From a virus: a DNA stretch of 64,000 nt. The notes under the pieces were generated by a model. The model did not search any database, was not told where the DNA came from, and was given only the letters and a program-made list of their open reading frames with translations. Location: positions 1-64,000 of IMG/VR virus record IMGVR_UViG_3300046777_002520; one strand, 5' to 3'. Every line of letters starts with the position of its first letter. The first letter of the stretch is position 1. Both the position numbers and the translations under genes were made by a program. Shown in pieces: positions 24,260 through 34,400 of the stretch.

Positions 24260-25900
24260 ATGCTTGGCCAGAGACCTGGCAATCAGAAAGCTCTAGTAAA
24301 GCGAGCTATAAGCCCTGAACATTTGATGATTGTGTTCGGCGTGCTGGTCAGAAACAAAGCGCTGTTCATAAAAGTAAAATCCACATTGTCACCAGAGCTG
24401 TTGAATCATCCTGGTGAAGAGCTGCACTCAGCCTTCATGAAAATGCTGGTAGCTCACTTTGAAGCCACCAATGAACTGCCTGTCGAGGGCGTGGCTGAAG
24501 CCGAGATGGTCAGTCTGTCCAGGGAAAACTACTCAGGTTTTTCCGACAGGGTTGCCAGGGACGAGGTCAGGGCGATCTATGCGCTGCTGGCCAACGCCAC
24601 TCCTGACCAGGTGAGGTCCACTGAGAACGTAGCTTCTACGCTCATCAGGGATCTGATCATCGACAGGCGCGTTGTCGGCCCCACGCGCAGCGCTTTGCTC
24701 AATGCTTCCAACGCTTCGCTGGCCAACCCCAGCGACATCTTCGAGTCGGCCAACCGTAATCTGCTTGAAGTGCAGCGGTTGCTGAACCGCAGCACCATAT
24801 CGTCTGTGCCTCAGGTCAGGCAGCGGTCAAACAACTACGTCAGCTTTGACCAGAACATGGAGTTCATCAACGCTTTGACGCAGGGTGGGCTGCATCGCAA
24901 GACTGTCAGCGGTCTGTTCGGTGTGTTCGGCGGCTGTAAGACCACGGTGGCTACACAGGCGGCTGCCTGTCGTATCAGCCTGGAGTGGAACAAGCACATT
25001 CGGGGAGAGGAATCTGAGATAGTCGTCTTTGCGAACTGCGAAGGCGCTCCAGAGGAAATCTCGTTTCGTGTCCTGTCCTTCCTGGCAAAGATTCCAGCCA
25101 GAAGAATCCGAAACCACTTCAACTCAATCCAGCCCCTGATGGACTACGAGCCGTCCGACCCTGAAGACTATCAGGTGAAGTACGGCATATCGCTTCCAGA
25201 GACAGCGCGTCTGGCAGAGGCGATGGAGAAGGTTGAGAAGTTCCTGAAGATCATCGACCTGTCTGGTTCGACTGAGGGTTCCGACTTTCTTGGCAAAGGG
25301 TACGTTTCCGACCTGGAAATGATGACAGACGCCTACTGCCAGGAATCTGGAAAGGGCGTGTCTCTGTTCATCCTTGACTATGCGAAAGCTTTTGTTCGCA
25401 GGTACATGGACATGAACGGCATCTCCAGCGAGCAGATCCGACACTATCTGGGCAGGCTGCCAGACTATGTGCGAAGGCAGGTTGCCGACAAGTTCAACTG
25501 TGCTTCTGTTGTTCTGCAGCAGATGAACAAGGCTGCGCTTACCAAGAAGCCAGGTACCCTGCTGTCGCACGTTGATTCGTCCGAAGCCTCTGACTTCGGT
25601 GAGAACTGCTGGTTCTGCTTCACGCTGTCGCAGCCGACCAAGGACAGCGATGACAAGCTGGTCGTCAACATGAACATGTCGAAGGCCCGTGACGTGGAAC
25701 CTCCAAGGAAGATGCCTTCTCTGGAGTACATTCCTTACTGTCAGGGCTTACGGCTTACCGACGACTTCAGGATTATCAACAACTCCATCCAGCATGTTGA
25801 AGCTCGTAACGTTGCTGTCCCCACGGACGCACCGCCGAGAAGGGCTACCAGATCAGCCAGAGTTACATCCGTCACGGCTGACGACATGAACCCTAGCTGA
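24260..25900 (+). CDS. DnaB-like (SF4) replicative helicase
   Basis: RecA-fold motifs GVFGGCKT, FILDY, VLQQMN and MSKARD; located before the primase. Confidence 0.75.
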   Translation: MLGQRPGNQKALVKRAISPEHLMIVFGVLVRNKALFIKVKSTLSPELLNHPGEELHSAFMKMLVAHFEATNELPVEGVAEAEMVSLSRENYSGFSDRVARDEVRAIYALLANATPDQVRSTENVASTLIRDLIIDRRVVGPTRSALLNASNASLANPSDIFESANRNLLEVQRLLNRSTISSVPQVRQRSNNYVSFDQNMEFINALTQGGLHRKTVSGLFGVFGGCKTTVATQAAACRISLEWNKHIRGEESEIVVFANCEGAPEEISFRVLSFLAKIPARRIRNHFNSIQPLMDYEPSDPEDYQVKYGISLPETARLAEAMEKVEKFLKIIDLSGSTEGSDFLGKGYVSDLEMMTDAYCQESGKGVSLFILDYAKAFVRRYMDMNGISSEQIRHYLGRLPDYVRRQVADKFNCASVVLQQMNKAALTKKPGTLLSHVDSSEASDFGENCWFCFTLSQPTKDSDDKLVVNMNMSKARDVEPPRKMPSLEYIPYCQGLRLTDDFRIINNSIQHVEARNVAVPTDAPPRRATRSARVTSVTADDMNPS

Positions 25901-25909
25901 GAGTGACTG

Positions 25910-26929
25910 ATGCAAGTACTTTGTCGAGAGCTTTACGCCAGGCTTGAAGAAAAGTTTGGCGTGGTGAAGATAGCCAACCAGGGTATGTCTTTGCAGATCA
26001 GGGACAGGCTGATCGGTTACAGGGTTGTCACCGAGGTTCTGTCCCCAGGTGAGTACTACAGAGTCAACTGTCCTTTCTGCGGCGACAGGAAGCAGAGACT
26101 ATGGGTGAATCACAGGTTTGCGGAGTATCGCTGGTTGGCTGTCTGCTACAACGAGACGCGCTGCCTTGAGGGTATTTTCGGTTCGGAAAACCGCAAGGAG
26201 CTTTACAACATCATTTTCAACGGCCAGCGGCAAGTCGTGCTGCAGGTCACACAGGGTTCCGAGATAGATCCTTCCAAACCCCTGGAAGAGCGACCCCTGC
26301 CAGGGGTCATCAAGCTTTTCTCGGAGCTGCCACCAGACCATCCGTCCGTCACCTACCTGCAGTCCAGGGGTTACGACACGGTGGAGCTGGAAGAGAAGTT
26401 TGGAGTCGGGTACTGCGAGAGCGTCTTTGACCGCACGTACTATCCGCTGACAAACCGTATTTTCATTCCCATTGCTTTCAAGGGTAAACTGGTCGGCTGG
26501 CAGGGCCGCTACATTGGCGATCCTGTCTGGAAGGAATGCAACGTCCAGAAGTATTTCAATCTGCGCGGCATGTCCAAGAAAGACATGCTCTACAACTACG
26601 ACACAGCCAAGAACGCCGATGTCTGTGTCGTGGTGGAGGGCGCTGCTGACGTGTGGCGTGTCGGCCCGTCAGCGGTTGCACTTCTCGGCTCGGACATGAG
26701 CGACAACCAGAAGAAGTTTATACAGGAGGCTTTTGCCGACAGGCCAGTGGCCATATTTCTCGATGCCGACGCTGCCGACAAGTCGGTGGCTTTGGCTGCT
26801 GCTCTTTACCCTTATCTGGGTAGGCGGGTTTTTCCTGTCATTAGCACGTCGAAGGACCCAGGCAGCATGACTAGGGCTGAGTGCTGGAGCCTTATAAATC
26901 AAGAAATTGAGAAAAGGGGTTTAGCTTGA
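25910..26929 (+). CDS. DNA primase (Zn-binding + Toprim)
   Basis: YRVNCPFCGD..QRLWVN; GWQGR; VVEGAADVW; FLDAD. Confidence 0.88.
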   Translation: MQVLCRELYARLEEKFGVVKIANQGMSLQIRDRLIGYRVVTEVLSPGEYYRVNCPFCGDRKQRLWVNHRFAEYRWLAVCYNETRCLEGIFGSENRKELYNIIFNGQRQVVLQVTQGSEIDPSKPLEERPLPGVIKLFSELPPDHPSVTYLQSRGYDTVELEEKFGVGYCESVFDRTYYPLTNRIFIPIAFKGKLVGWQGRYIGDPVWKECNVQKYFNLRGMSKKDMLYNYDTAKNADVCVVVEGAADVWRVGPSAVALLGSDMSDNQKKFIQEAFADRPVAIFLDADAADKSVALAAALYPYLGRRVFPVISTSKDPGSMTRAECWSLINQEIEKRGLA

Positions 26930-29900
26930 GTGCCCTATTCAGAAGTTTGTATACCGAGATGCATTTCCTAGGTATGTTAAGAGGGGATCGAGAGAACGAC
27001 GGCGGTTTGACTTCCCTGTTTCCGATGCTGCCGATTGACGCACCAGAGCTGCCAGGCCCTGGTCCTGACTTTGACAACTATTCCAGCCTGCTTGAGAACA
27101 AGGGCATTCTCTACAAGACCAAGGAGTTCGAGCTTCAGCAGCTTTACTACAGAGCCATGTACGACGACATGTTTGCCATGCCAGTCGCTTACATGGCCCG
27201 TATGCACACCATGCCGTTCATCATTGGCGGTCTGTGGGACGGCGACGTCATGGGGCCTCAACCCTGCGACGTGATGATCATCTACAAGCACGCCACGAAG
27301 ACGGACATACGCGAGCGCAGACCTATAACGGGCAGCGTCCACGACATTCTGGACAGGTGCTTCACGGGCGCTGGCCTGGACAACAGCGTGCCGGTTTACG
27401 CCACGCCCGTTATCAAGCACGATCACCCAGACCCCAAGAGCACCAACTTCAAGGCTTGCTGGATGAAGAACTGCCTGCCGATTCTTCACCAGGAGATACG
27501 GATCGTAAAGCCAAAGCACATTCTGCTGCTGGGGTCAGAGGCCATTCTGGCTGTGCTTGGCAGGGGTCACACCATAAGCAACACGCAGGGAAGAATCCTC
27601 AATTATTCCTACACCGCCATAGACGGAGAGGTAATCGAAGCCAACGTCGTTACGGCAATCAGCCCCAGCATCGCCGTCAAGAAGCCCGAGAAGTTTGACG
27701 AGGTGAAATGCTCTGTAGAGTATCTAGCCAGGTCTATCAACGGAAACAGCATCAACCACGACGAGATTGATCACAGGACCATACGGTCTGTTTCCGAGCT
27801 AGCTGCCCTGCGCGAGGAAATTCTTAGCGATAAGACAAATGACGTCATCGCCATAGACGCCGAATGGAACGGGGCCTTCCCTGGCGAGAAAAACTCTTAT
27901 GTTCGTACGATCCAGATCAGCTGGAAGCCAGGCAAGGCCGCCGCCATCGTCATGCACACGCAAGGAGGTAAAGAACCGATAGAAGGCGGCATTCCCCAGG
28001 CTGTGGAGGAGCTGAAGAAGATACTGAAGTCCACACCGGACAGGCCTGTGCGGATTGTAGGTCACTACCTCAATGCCGACATGCCGTGGCTTATGAGCGT
28101 GGGTCTGGACATTCGCAACGAGTACTCGGCTCCCATCGACGACTACGAGGCAGACGGCATCACCAAGCTGTTCGGTCATCAGAAGACCAAGATCGAAGGC
28201 GGCTTTGACACGCTGCTCGCGGCTCACTCCGTCAACGAGACAGGCGACTTCAAGCTGGAAGTTCTGGGCACGCGTCTTGTGGGCGTGCCACGTTACGACG
28301 TCGAGCTGCAGAAGTGGAAGAAGCGTTACTGCGAGGAGCACAAGCTGGACTCCGAGGGTCTGGAGGGTTACGGCGACTGCCCAGACGAGATCATCATTCC
28401 CTACGGCAACTATGACGCAGACACCACACGACGGCTTTTCGACGTTTACAACGGAGAAATTGACAAGCCAGGTCTGCTGGACAGGGACGCTTACGGCAAC
28501 AACTGCCGCGTTCCTTTCTGGGTCTCTGCCAGGGCAGCGCTGGCTTTTGGCGAGATGCACATATCTGGTTTGCGCATCAACCTTGAGTCGGCAGAGGAGC
28601 TGACGGAGCACTACGTCAAAGCCAGAGACAGCCTTCTGGTCATTCTGCGCAGAAAGCTGAACTGGGAAGAGTTCAATCCCAATAGCGTGTCGCACTGCCG
28701 AGAGATGCTTTTTGGCGTCAAGTACAACGGCATATTCGACAAGGAGACATTCGGGCCGAAGAGGGTAAGGCCTGAAGGAGCTTTGTCCCTGGAGCTGATG
28801 CCGTACAAGTCCACAGGCAAGCGACCCAAGCTGTGGCGCGAGATTATGCAGAAGGGACAGGAATCTGAGCACCAGGTGTCTACCGACAAGGAAGTGCTGC
28901 AGATTTTGGCTGACCAGCATGAGTGCGTCGCCCTGCTCAGGGACATTCGCTATGTGGCCCAGCTGACTAGGTATGTGCTCAGGCCAGGAAAGGGTGTGGA
29001 GGACGGCGAGGCTGTCAGGGACGAGGATGGACGCATCGAGTATGAGTCTGGCCTTCTGTCCTATGTGCATGTGGATGGCAGGGTGCGCAGTCAATTCTTC
29101 CAGACCAAGGAGACGGGTCGCGCATCCAGCGCCAGACCTCCTCTGCAGAACCTGGGCAAGACGGCTGAGGAGAAGTACAAGGCTGTCTTCAAACGGCATG
29201 GTGCGGAGATCGGCTTGGGGTACAAGTTCCCCCTGCGTTCCATTGTCGAGGCGAAACCTGGTCACGTGTTTGTCGATGCCGACTACACGGGTGCCGAGCT
29301 GGCCATCATGGCCTGGCAGTCTGGCGACAAGAACATGATCGATCACGTCAGGCGCTCGGGCTTAGCCGAGTCCGATTCTGACTACTACGACATCCACAGC
29401 AATGTGGCTGTCACAGCCTTCGGTCTAGCTTGTCCTGCCACCAAGAAAGGTCTGGCCAGCATAGGCAAGGCGGCTCTCAGAACGGCGGCAAAGGCTGTGG
29501 TGTTCGGCTACGCTTACGGGCAGCAGGCCGAGGCAACGTCTCGCAAAGCCAAGCAAGAAGGTGCCGACGTCAGCGTCGAGCAGGCCCAGAGGCTTATCGA
29601 CGGACTGGTGGCTATGTACGAAGCCCTGCCTTATTACTTCCAAAGCTGCAGGGATATGAGCCAAGAACCAGGCTATATTGTCAACTGCTTTGGTCGCTAT
29701 CGACGCTTTGTTCCCAGCAGGGAACGTGATGTCGTCAGTGAACAGCAAAGACAGGCTATGAATTTTCCAATTCAAAGCGCTGTTGCCGATGCAATGTCCA
29801 GGGCTCTTGATCACCTGTACTGGTACAGGTTTGAACAGGATAACCCGGATATGTGGTACGACATCGTCCTACAGGTACACGATGCCGTAGTCTTGGAAGT

Positions 29901-30120
29901 ACCTTATCACTGTGTAGACTGGGTTGTGAATGATGTCATTCCAACCTGCATGAGCAAGCGCGTCGAGGTTTACCCTTGTCACCTCGACGGCACCCGATAC
30001 ACTCAAGCTGGACCTTACCATTTGCAAGTACCACCTCCTGACATTTTCCGTAAATGGTCGGTGCCTGTCACCAAGGAGGAGTGCAAGCAAATGGGTATAA
30101 GCGAAAGCTATGGAGTGTAA
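26926..30120 (+). CDS. polA: Family A DNA polymerase with N-terminal uracil-DNA-glycosylase-like and 3'-5' exonuclease domains
   Basis: UDG4-like HQEIRIVKPKHILLLG; exonuclease IDAEW, HYLNAD, YDAD; polymerase motifs DADYTGAEL, RTAAKAVVFGYAYG, LQVHDA. Confidence 0.93.
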   Translation: MSALFRSLYTEMHFLGMLRGDRENDGGLTSLFPMLPIDAPELPGPGPDFDNYSSLLENKGILYKTKEFELQQLYYRAMYDDMFAMPVAYMARMHTMPFIIGGLWDGDVMGPQPCDVMIIYKHATKTDIRERRPITGSVHDILDRCFTGAGLDNSVPVYATPVIKHDHPDPKSTNFKACWMKNCLPILHQEIRIVKPKHILLLGSEAILAVLGRGHTISNTQGRILNYSYTAIDGEVIEANVVTAISPSIAVKKPEKFDEVKCSVEYLARSINGNSINHDEIDHRTIRSVSELAALREEILSDKTNDVIAIDAEWNGAFPGEKNSYVRTIQISWKPGKAAAIVMHTQGGKEPIEGGIPQAVEELKKILKSTPDRPVRIVGHYLNADMPWLMSVGLDIRNEYSAPIDDYEADGITKLFGHQKTKIEGGFDTLLAAHSVNETGDFKLEVLGTRLVGVPRYDVELQKWKKRYCEEHKLDSEGLEGYGDCPDEIIIPYGNYDADTTRRLFDVYNGEIDKPGLLDRDAYGNNCRVPFWVSARAALAFGEMHISGLRINLESAEELTEHYVKARDSLLVILRRKLNWEEFNPNSVSHCREMLFGVKYNGIFDKETFGPKRVRPEGALSLELMPYKSTGKRPKLWREIMQKGQESEHQVSTDKEVLQILADQHECVALLRDIRYVAQLTRYVLRPGKGVEDGEAVRDEDGRIEYESGLLSYVHVDGRVRSQFFQTKETGRASSARPPLQNLGKTAEEKYKAVFKRHGAEIGLGYKFPLRSIVEAKPGHVFVDADYTGAELAIMAWQSGDKNMIDHVRRSGLAESDSDYYDIHSNVAVTAFGLACPATKKGLASIGKAALRTAAKAVVFGYAYGQQAEATSRKAKQEGADVSVEQAQRLIDGLVAMYEALPYYFQSCRDMSQEPGYIVNCFGRYRRFVPSRERDVVSEQQRQAMNFPIQSAVADAMSRALDHLYWYRFEQDNPDMWYDIVLQVHDAVVLEVPYHCVDWVVNDVIPTCMSKRVEVYPCHLDGTRYTQAGPYHLQVPPPDIFRKWSVPVTKEECKQMGISESYGV

Positions 30121-30642
30121 ATGTCTATCCTGACTGGTTCAGCAATTATCCAAGAAGTAATGGACAAAAGGATTGTTATAGAGCCTTTTAGCAGGGAACA
30201 GGTTAACCCAAACAGTTACAACCTGCGTCTCGGTAAGCGGCTCTTGATTTACAGCAATCGTGTTTTGGACATGCGGAAGGATAATCCAGTTCAGGAGATA
30301 ATTATTCCAGAAGAAGGTTTATACCTGAACCCAGGCGTCCTATACTTGGGTGAGACTGAGGAGTACACAGAGACTCCTCATCACGTTCCTCACATCGAGG
30401 GACGCAGTTCCGTTGGTCGTCTTGGTATGCAGGTCCATGTCACCGCAGGTTTTGGCGACGTGGGCTTTCGTGGCAAGTGGACTTTGGAGATTACTGTTGT
30501 ACACCCCCTAAAGGTGTACGCAGGTACATGCGTCTGTCAGATCTCTTACGAGACTACGCACGGACAAATTGTGCCTTATTCCGGTAAGTATTCAGGGCAA
30601 AAGGGCGTGATGCCCAGCTGCCTGTATAAAGATTTTTCTTGA
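30121..30642 (+). CDS. dcd: dCTP deaminase
   Basis: VNPNSYNLRLG; EGRSSVGRLG..VH.TAGFGDVGFRGKWTLE; KYSGQ. Confidence 0.93.
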   Translation: MSILTGSAIIQEVMDKRIVIEPFSREQVNPNSYNLRLGKRLLIYSNRVLDMRKDNPVQEIIIPEEGLYLNPGVLYLGETEEYTETPHHVPHIEGRSSVGRLGMQVHVTAGFGDVGFRGKWTLEITVVHPLKVYAGTCVCQISYETTHGQIVPYSGKYSGQKGVMPSCLYKDFS

Positions 30643-30652
30643 AAGGTATAGC

Positions 30653-32053
30653 ATGTCTACTAATGATGGTATGTCTCGTTCCCGTCGTGTTTCTGCAACT
30701 GTCGGCGCTGTCAACACATCCGACCGACCCTACCAGACCATGGTCCTCAAGCGTGGTTGTGGTGAATTGTGGCGTCCTGACTTCAGCGGCAAGCCGAATG
30801 TCATTCGCATCTATCCCGGTCTGAACCCGGATAACCCCACTGTGTTCGACCCCTGGCGCTTCAGCACCCGCGCTGATGACTACGGCCAGTGGTTTTTCCC
30901 TGTCGTTGTCGCCAACGTCAGCTGCCAGGCTTCCGGTGTCGGACGCTCCTGGGTGCTGTGCCATCCGCTCGACAACCGTTACGACATGTCGCGCAATCCT
31001 CTTGTGCTCATGCGTAAGGCGGTCAAGATGGCTCTGGACCAGAAGCAGCCGTTCGCCGTGAACTGGCTGTCGCTGATTCAGGGCGGTCAGGGCCGTGGTG
31101 CCGAGCTGGCTGATCCCAAGGAGTCTTGGCTGGTTCAGGTCGCCCTGATCGAGCACAAGGGTAACGTCTACAACCCGCCCCGTGGTGGCGGCTCTGACGA
31201 CGATACCGTCTTCATGCTTCTGCCGATCAGCGCCGTGACTTCTATCAAGTCGGCCATGGATCAGCGCAAGCCTGAGTTCCGTGGTGATCCCGATGACATT
31301 GCAGGCCACTTCGCCAACGGCGACCCCATCGCCATCGAAGACGGCTGCTTTGTGGTTCTTTTCCCTCGCGGCAAGGACCCACGCAACGCTCCCCAGAACC
31401 TCGGCGGCTTTGGCCAGTCCAGGGACGGCCGTGGCGGTGGGCGTGACATCATCGGTTACGATTGCTTCCTGACCAAGGAATGGAACGGCATCAGCGCCAA
31501 TCTTTCCGGTTATGAAGACATCGTCCGGTCCCACGTCAAGAACTGGGAAGACGTCATCCACTTCCCGACGGACGAGGAGCAGGTGCGGTACCTTGAGCAG
31601 GTCTTCCGACCGTATCCCGACCTGCTGGTTTACGCCCTTGAGGATGTGTACGGTTCAGTGATGGACCCCAGCATCCGTCGCGAGGGTGCTCTGCGTTTCG
31701 GCCGTGCCCGTCAGCCTGAAGTGGCCCCGGCTCCCGTGCCGGTGGCTGCTCCTGTTGCACCCCAACAGGTAGCGCCTGCTGCCGTGCCGCAGCCAGCGCC
31801 CCAGGCTCCGGTCCAGGCGGCTAAGCCGAGGTCTTCTGGTTTCGGCGCTCCGTCACACAGGAGCAGCGAAAGCATCGACCCCCCTACCAGTACCCCTGGG
31901 ACTAGCCTTCCAGGGACCACTGATTCCGCACCTCCCGTCGTGAAAGACGCTCTGGTTAATCAAGACGACATGTCTAACGCGTTGAACCTTGTTCTGCGCG
32001 CGCGTCAAGATGCCATGCGTGGCGGGTCTGTTCCTCGTCCTGCTGCTAACTAA
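30653..32053 (+). CDS. Putative ssDNA-binding / recombination protein with a Pro/Ala-rich C-terminus
   Basis: Lies between dcd and the recombinase; codon usage typical of high expression; aromatic/Gly-rich core with a low-complexity tail. Confidence 0.5.
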   Translation: MSTNDGMSRSRRVSATVGAVNTSDRPYQTMVLKRGCGELWRPDFSGKPNVIRIYPGLNPDNPTVFDPWRFSTRADDYGQWFFPVVVANVSCQASGVGRSWVLCHPLDNRYDMSRNPLVLMRKAVKMALDQKQPFAVNWLSLIQGGQGRGAELADPKESWLVQVALIEHKGNVYNPPRGGGSDDDTVFMLLPISAVTSIKSAMDQRKPEFRGDPDDIAGHFANGDPIAIEDGCFVVLFPRGKDPRNAPQNLGGFGQSRDGRGGGRDIIGYDCFLTKEWNGISANLSGYEDIVRSHVKNWEDVIHFPTDEEQVRYLEQVFRPYPDLLVYALEDVYGSVMDPSIRREGALRFGRARQPEVAPAPVPVAAPVAPQQVAPAAVPQPAPQAPVQAAKPRSSGFGAPSHRSSESIDPPTSTPGTSLPGTTDSAPPVVKDALVNQDDMSNALNLVLRARQDAMRGGSVPRPAAN

Positions 32054-32140
32054 CGTTTAGCATTCGGTTTTTTGAGCACACGCAGAAAGCAATTTCTGCG
32101 TGTGCTTTGTGTCTGCTCGTTTACAAGGAGTCTCGATAGT

Positions 32141-33367
32141 ATGGCTAAGCGTAAGGCAGAGGCTGTTCAGCCGATCAGGAATGACGATTTCTTTTCAAGT
32201 CAGTTGGCTCAGCGCGACAGGGAAAACCACGACAAGATTGTCATCGGTCTTCCGTTGCAGGCAATCAGTCTGCGCTACCTGTTTAGCAACGATGTCTTCC
32301 CCTACAGCCGAATGACCGAGCTGGTCGGCGTGTCTGAGAGCTGCAAGACGGCATTTCTCTTTGAGATCTACCGCTGGCATATCTTCAACACCACCGAGCT
32401 GGTCCAGTACGATCCCGACGAGCTGCACGGCGGTTACGTCCACAACCTCGTCGAGCCTCGCGACAGTCCCGACCTGCGCGAGTCGATTCTGCAGCTTGGG
32501 CCGTACAGCCCGTATCCGGTCATTCGCAGCGACTCTGTCGAGGACTGGCAGAAGAACTGTGCGGACTGGATCAAGAAGGCAGAAGAGCGCTTTGAGCTGG
32601 GGGCAATGCCTTATCCCGTGGCTCTCGGCCTCGACTCGCTGACGGCTGTGACCACCAAGGACGAGATGGACAAGACCTGGTCACAGGGCTATGCCGATCC
32701 TGGCTTCTCCCAGATCGCAAAGTCCATCAACCTGTGGGCTAAGGTGTTCTTCAACAAGATGGCTCCTTGGCCTGTGTCCTTCATCGGTGTGAACCACCTG
32801 AAGGAGCACAGGGCGCACAACGGCGCTGTGGACCGCAAGGTTCCTGGCGGCACGGCCATCAAGTTTGCGTCAACCTTCATGTTCCGTCTTGCCCGAAAGG
32901 GTGACGACATCGAGACGCTCAACGAGAGCGGCCGTAACATCGAGATCGTGACGGAGAAGAACTCTCTGTCGCCTGCCAACCACGAGAAGCTCAAGGTCCG
33001 CATGACCTGGCGCTTCGACGAGAACGGCGAGCAGCAGACCATCTGGGATTGGCATGATTCCAGCATCGAGCTGCTCACGTCTTTCGACGCCACCAGGAAG
33101 AAGCGCATCGCTGAGATTGTCAACATCGAGAATGTTGACAAGTCACGACGCACGGCTGACTGCGCGGCTCTGGGTCTGAAGAAGACCTCTTGGCACGAGA
33201 TCGGCAAGGCCATCATGGAGGAGCCCGAGATCGTCCACGGTCTTGACCGCTTCTTCGGTATTCGGCACCGTCACAAGTTCCAGATGGGCGTGCCCTACTG
33301 CGAACAGGTTGCCATGGCCAAGGAAGCGGACGCTTTCTCGCCACCTGTTGACGACCAGGAAGCCTGA
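32141..33367 (+). CDS. RecA/UvsX-like recombinase
   Basis: RMTELVGVSESCKT; LDSLTA; FIGVNHLKE; VPGGTAIKFAST; IVTEKNS; start at ATG 32141 after AAGGAG. Confidence 0.85.
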   Translation: MAKRKAEAVQPIRNDDFFSSQLAQRDRENHDKIVIGLPLQAISLRYLFSNDVFPYSRMTELVGVSESCKTAFLFEIYRWHIFNTTELVQYDPDELHGGYVHNLVEPRDSPDLRESILQLGPYSPYPVIRSDSVEDWQKNCADWIKKAEERFELGAMPYPVALGLDSLTAVTTKDEMDKTWSQGYADPGFSQIAKSINLWAKVFFNKMAPWPVSFIGVNHLKEHRAHNGAVDRKVPGGTAIKFASTFMFRLARKGDDIETLNESGRNIEIVTEKNSLSPANHEKLKVRMTWRFDENGEQQTIWDWHDSSIELLTSFDATRKKRIAEIVNIENVDKSRRTADCAALGLKKTSWHEIGKAIMEEPEIVHGLDRFFGIRHRHKFQMGVPYCEQVAMAKEADAFSPPVDDQEA

Positions 33368-33384
33368 TTCTGTTCGGAAATAAA

Positions 33385-33516
33385 AGCAGGGTTGCGCCTT
33401 AACAAACGCAACCCTGCTCCGAGCGGGTTCCCCACTCCAGCCGACATTTTAAAGTTTTGCTTTTAAAGAAGCAAGTTGTTTACCTGAAACGGTTTAGGGC
33501 GACAGCTTGCTTCTTT
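33385..33516. terminator. Two long hairpins after the recombinase gene
   Basis: AGCAGGGTTGCG/CGCAACCCTGCT (33385-33418) and AAAGAAGCAAGTTGTT/GACAGCTTGCTTCTTT (33465-33516). Confidence 0.55.
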
Positions 33517-33552
33517 TATAGAATGCGTTAAACCAAATTACCGGAGCACTGC

Positions 33553-33861
33553 ATGAGTGGTGAGTGGGTAACCTGGCATTGTTTAGAGTGTAACATTACC
33601 TTGCCAGGCAGCAGAGTTTCTGACGAGTGTGTTGGCTGCAGGCTAAAGGCTGAAAACGCCAAACTGAAAGAGCAACTCCGTTGGCACAAGTGGCCAGAGG
33701 AAAAGCCAGAAACCAGCGGACGTTATCTAGTCCTGACCGACGGCTCGACTGATATTAACGAACATGTCTCATACTTCAGCTTAAGCCTCGGATGGTCTAC
33801 ATCTGACGCAGGTATAACTTACTGGAGACAAATAGGCCCGCTGCCGGGAGGGGAGTTATGA
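33553..33861 (+). CDS. DUF551-like phage protein
   Basis: WHKWPEEKPETSGRYLV...ITYWRQIGPLP pattern; N-terminal CxxC. Confidence 0.65.
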   Translation: MSGEWVTWHCLECNITLPGSRVSDECVGCRLKAENAKLKEQLRWHKWPEEKPETSGRYLVLTDGSTDINEHVSYFSLSLGWSTSDAGITYWRQIGPLPGGEL

Positions 33862-33986
33862 AAGAGCAAACCTTGAGTGATGTCATGCAGTTGATTTCAG
33901 CGTGGACTAAAACAGACAACGCTGACGAGATTGCGGTGATTAAGTCTTGCATCTTTGAAGTATTGCAAGAGGAGAGTGAGCGATGA
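33858..33986 (+). CDS. Small hypothetical protein (42 aa)
   Basis: ATGA-coupled at both ends; GGGAG RBS. Confidence 0.55.
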   Translation: MKEQTLSDVMQLISAWTKTDNADEIAVIKSCIFEVLQEESER

Positions 33987-34129
33987 CTGGTGACGACCTC
34001 GGCAGAGAAATGGCAAAAGTGTTTTTTATAGTCGCTACTGTAATCTTTTTGTCTGGTGTTTTTACAGTAATAGCGGCTCAGACAGTGTGGCCGTTTATTA
34101 AAACTTGGATTCACTGGGCCACAGGCTGA
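33983..34129 (+). CDS. Small membrane protein (48 aa)
   Basis: Single hydrophobic helix; ATGA overlap. Confidence 0.55.
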   Translation: MTGDDLGREMAKVFFIVATVIFLSGVFTVIAAQTVWPFIKTWIHWATG

Positions 34130-34145
34130 CTTTTGGAGGCCTCAG

Positions 34146-34400
34146 TTGGTAAACCTAAAAAAGCTGTTCCAAAGAAAATGGGACAAGCTGTACTTCTTGA
34201 ACAAAAAAGACATAGGAGTCAAAACACACAAATGCTCTGAGCCAGGCTGCAGGCGATACTGCCTTCCAAAGTCTTACGGCTGTATCGAGCATTGCGGTAA
34301 GAGCTACAAACGCGTGGTGAGTAAGACAAAAGCATGTTTGTCTCTTTCCAAACATAGGAGTAAGCGACGTGACAAACGGAGAGCTGCAAAAGCTGTTTAG
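34146..34400 (+). CDS. Basic Cys-containing hypothetical protein
   Basis: CSEPGC...CIEHC; GGAGG RBS. Confidence 0.5.
   Translation: MVNLKKLFQRKWDKLYFLNKKDIGVKTHKCSEPGCRRYCLPKSYGCIEHCGKSYKRVVSKTKACLSLSKHRSKRRDKRRAAKAV

Noticed and set aside
27799-29346. 515-aa minus-strand ORF
   Set aside because: Antisense shadow of the polymerase gene, caused by codon bias; no motifs. The same applies to 30554-31561, 36594-37550, 47133-47885 and the 19-20 kb minus ORFs.
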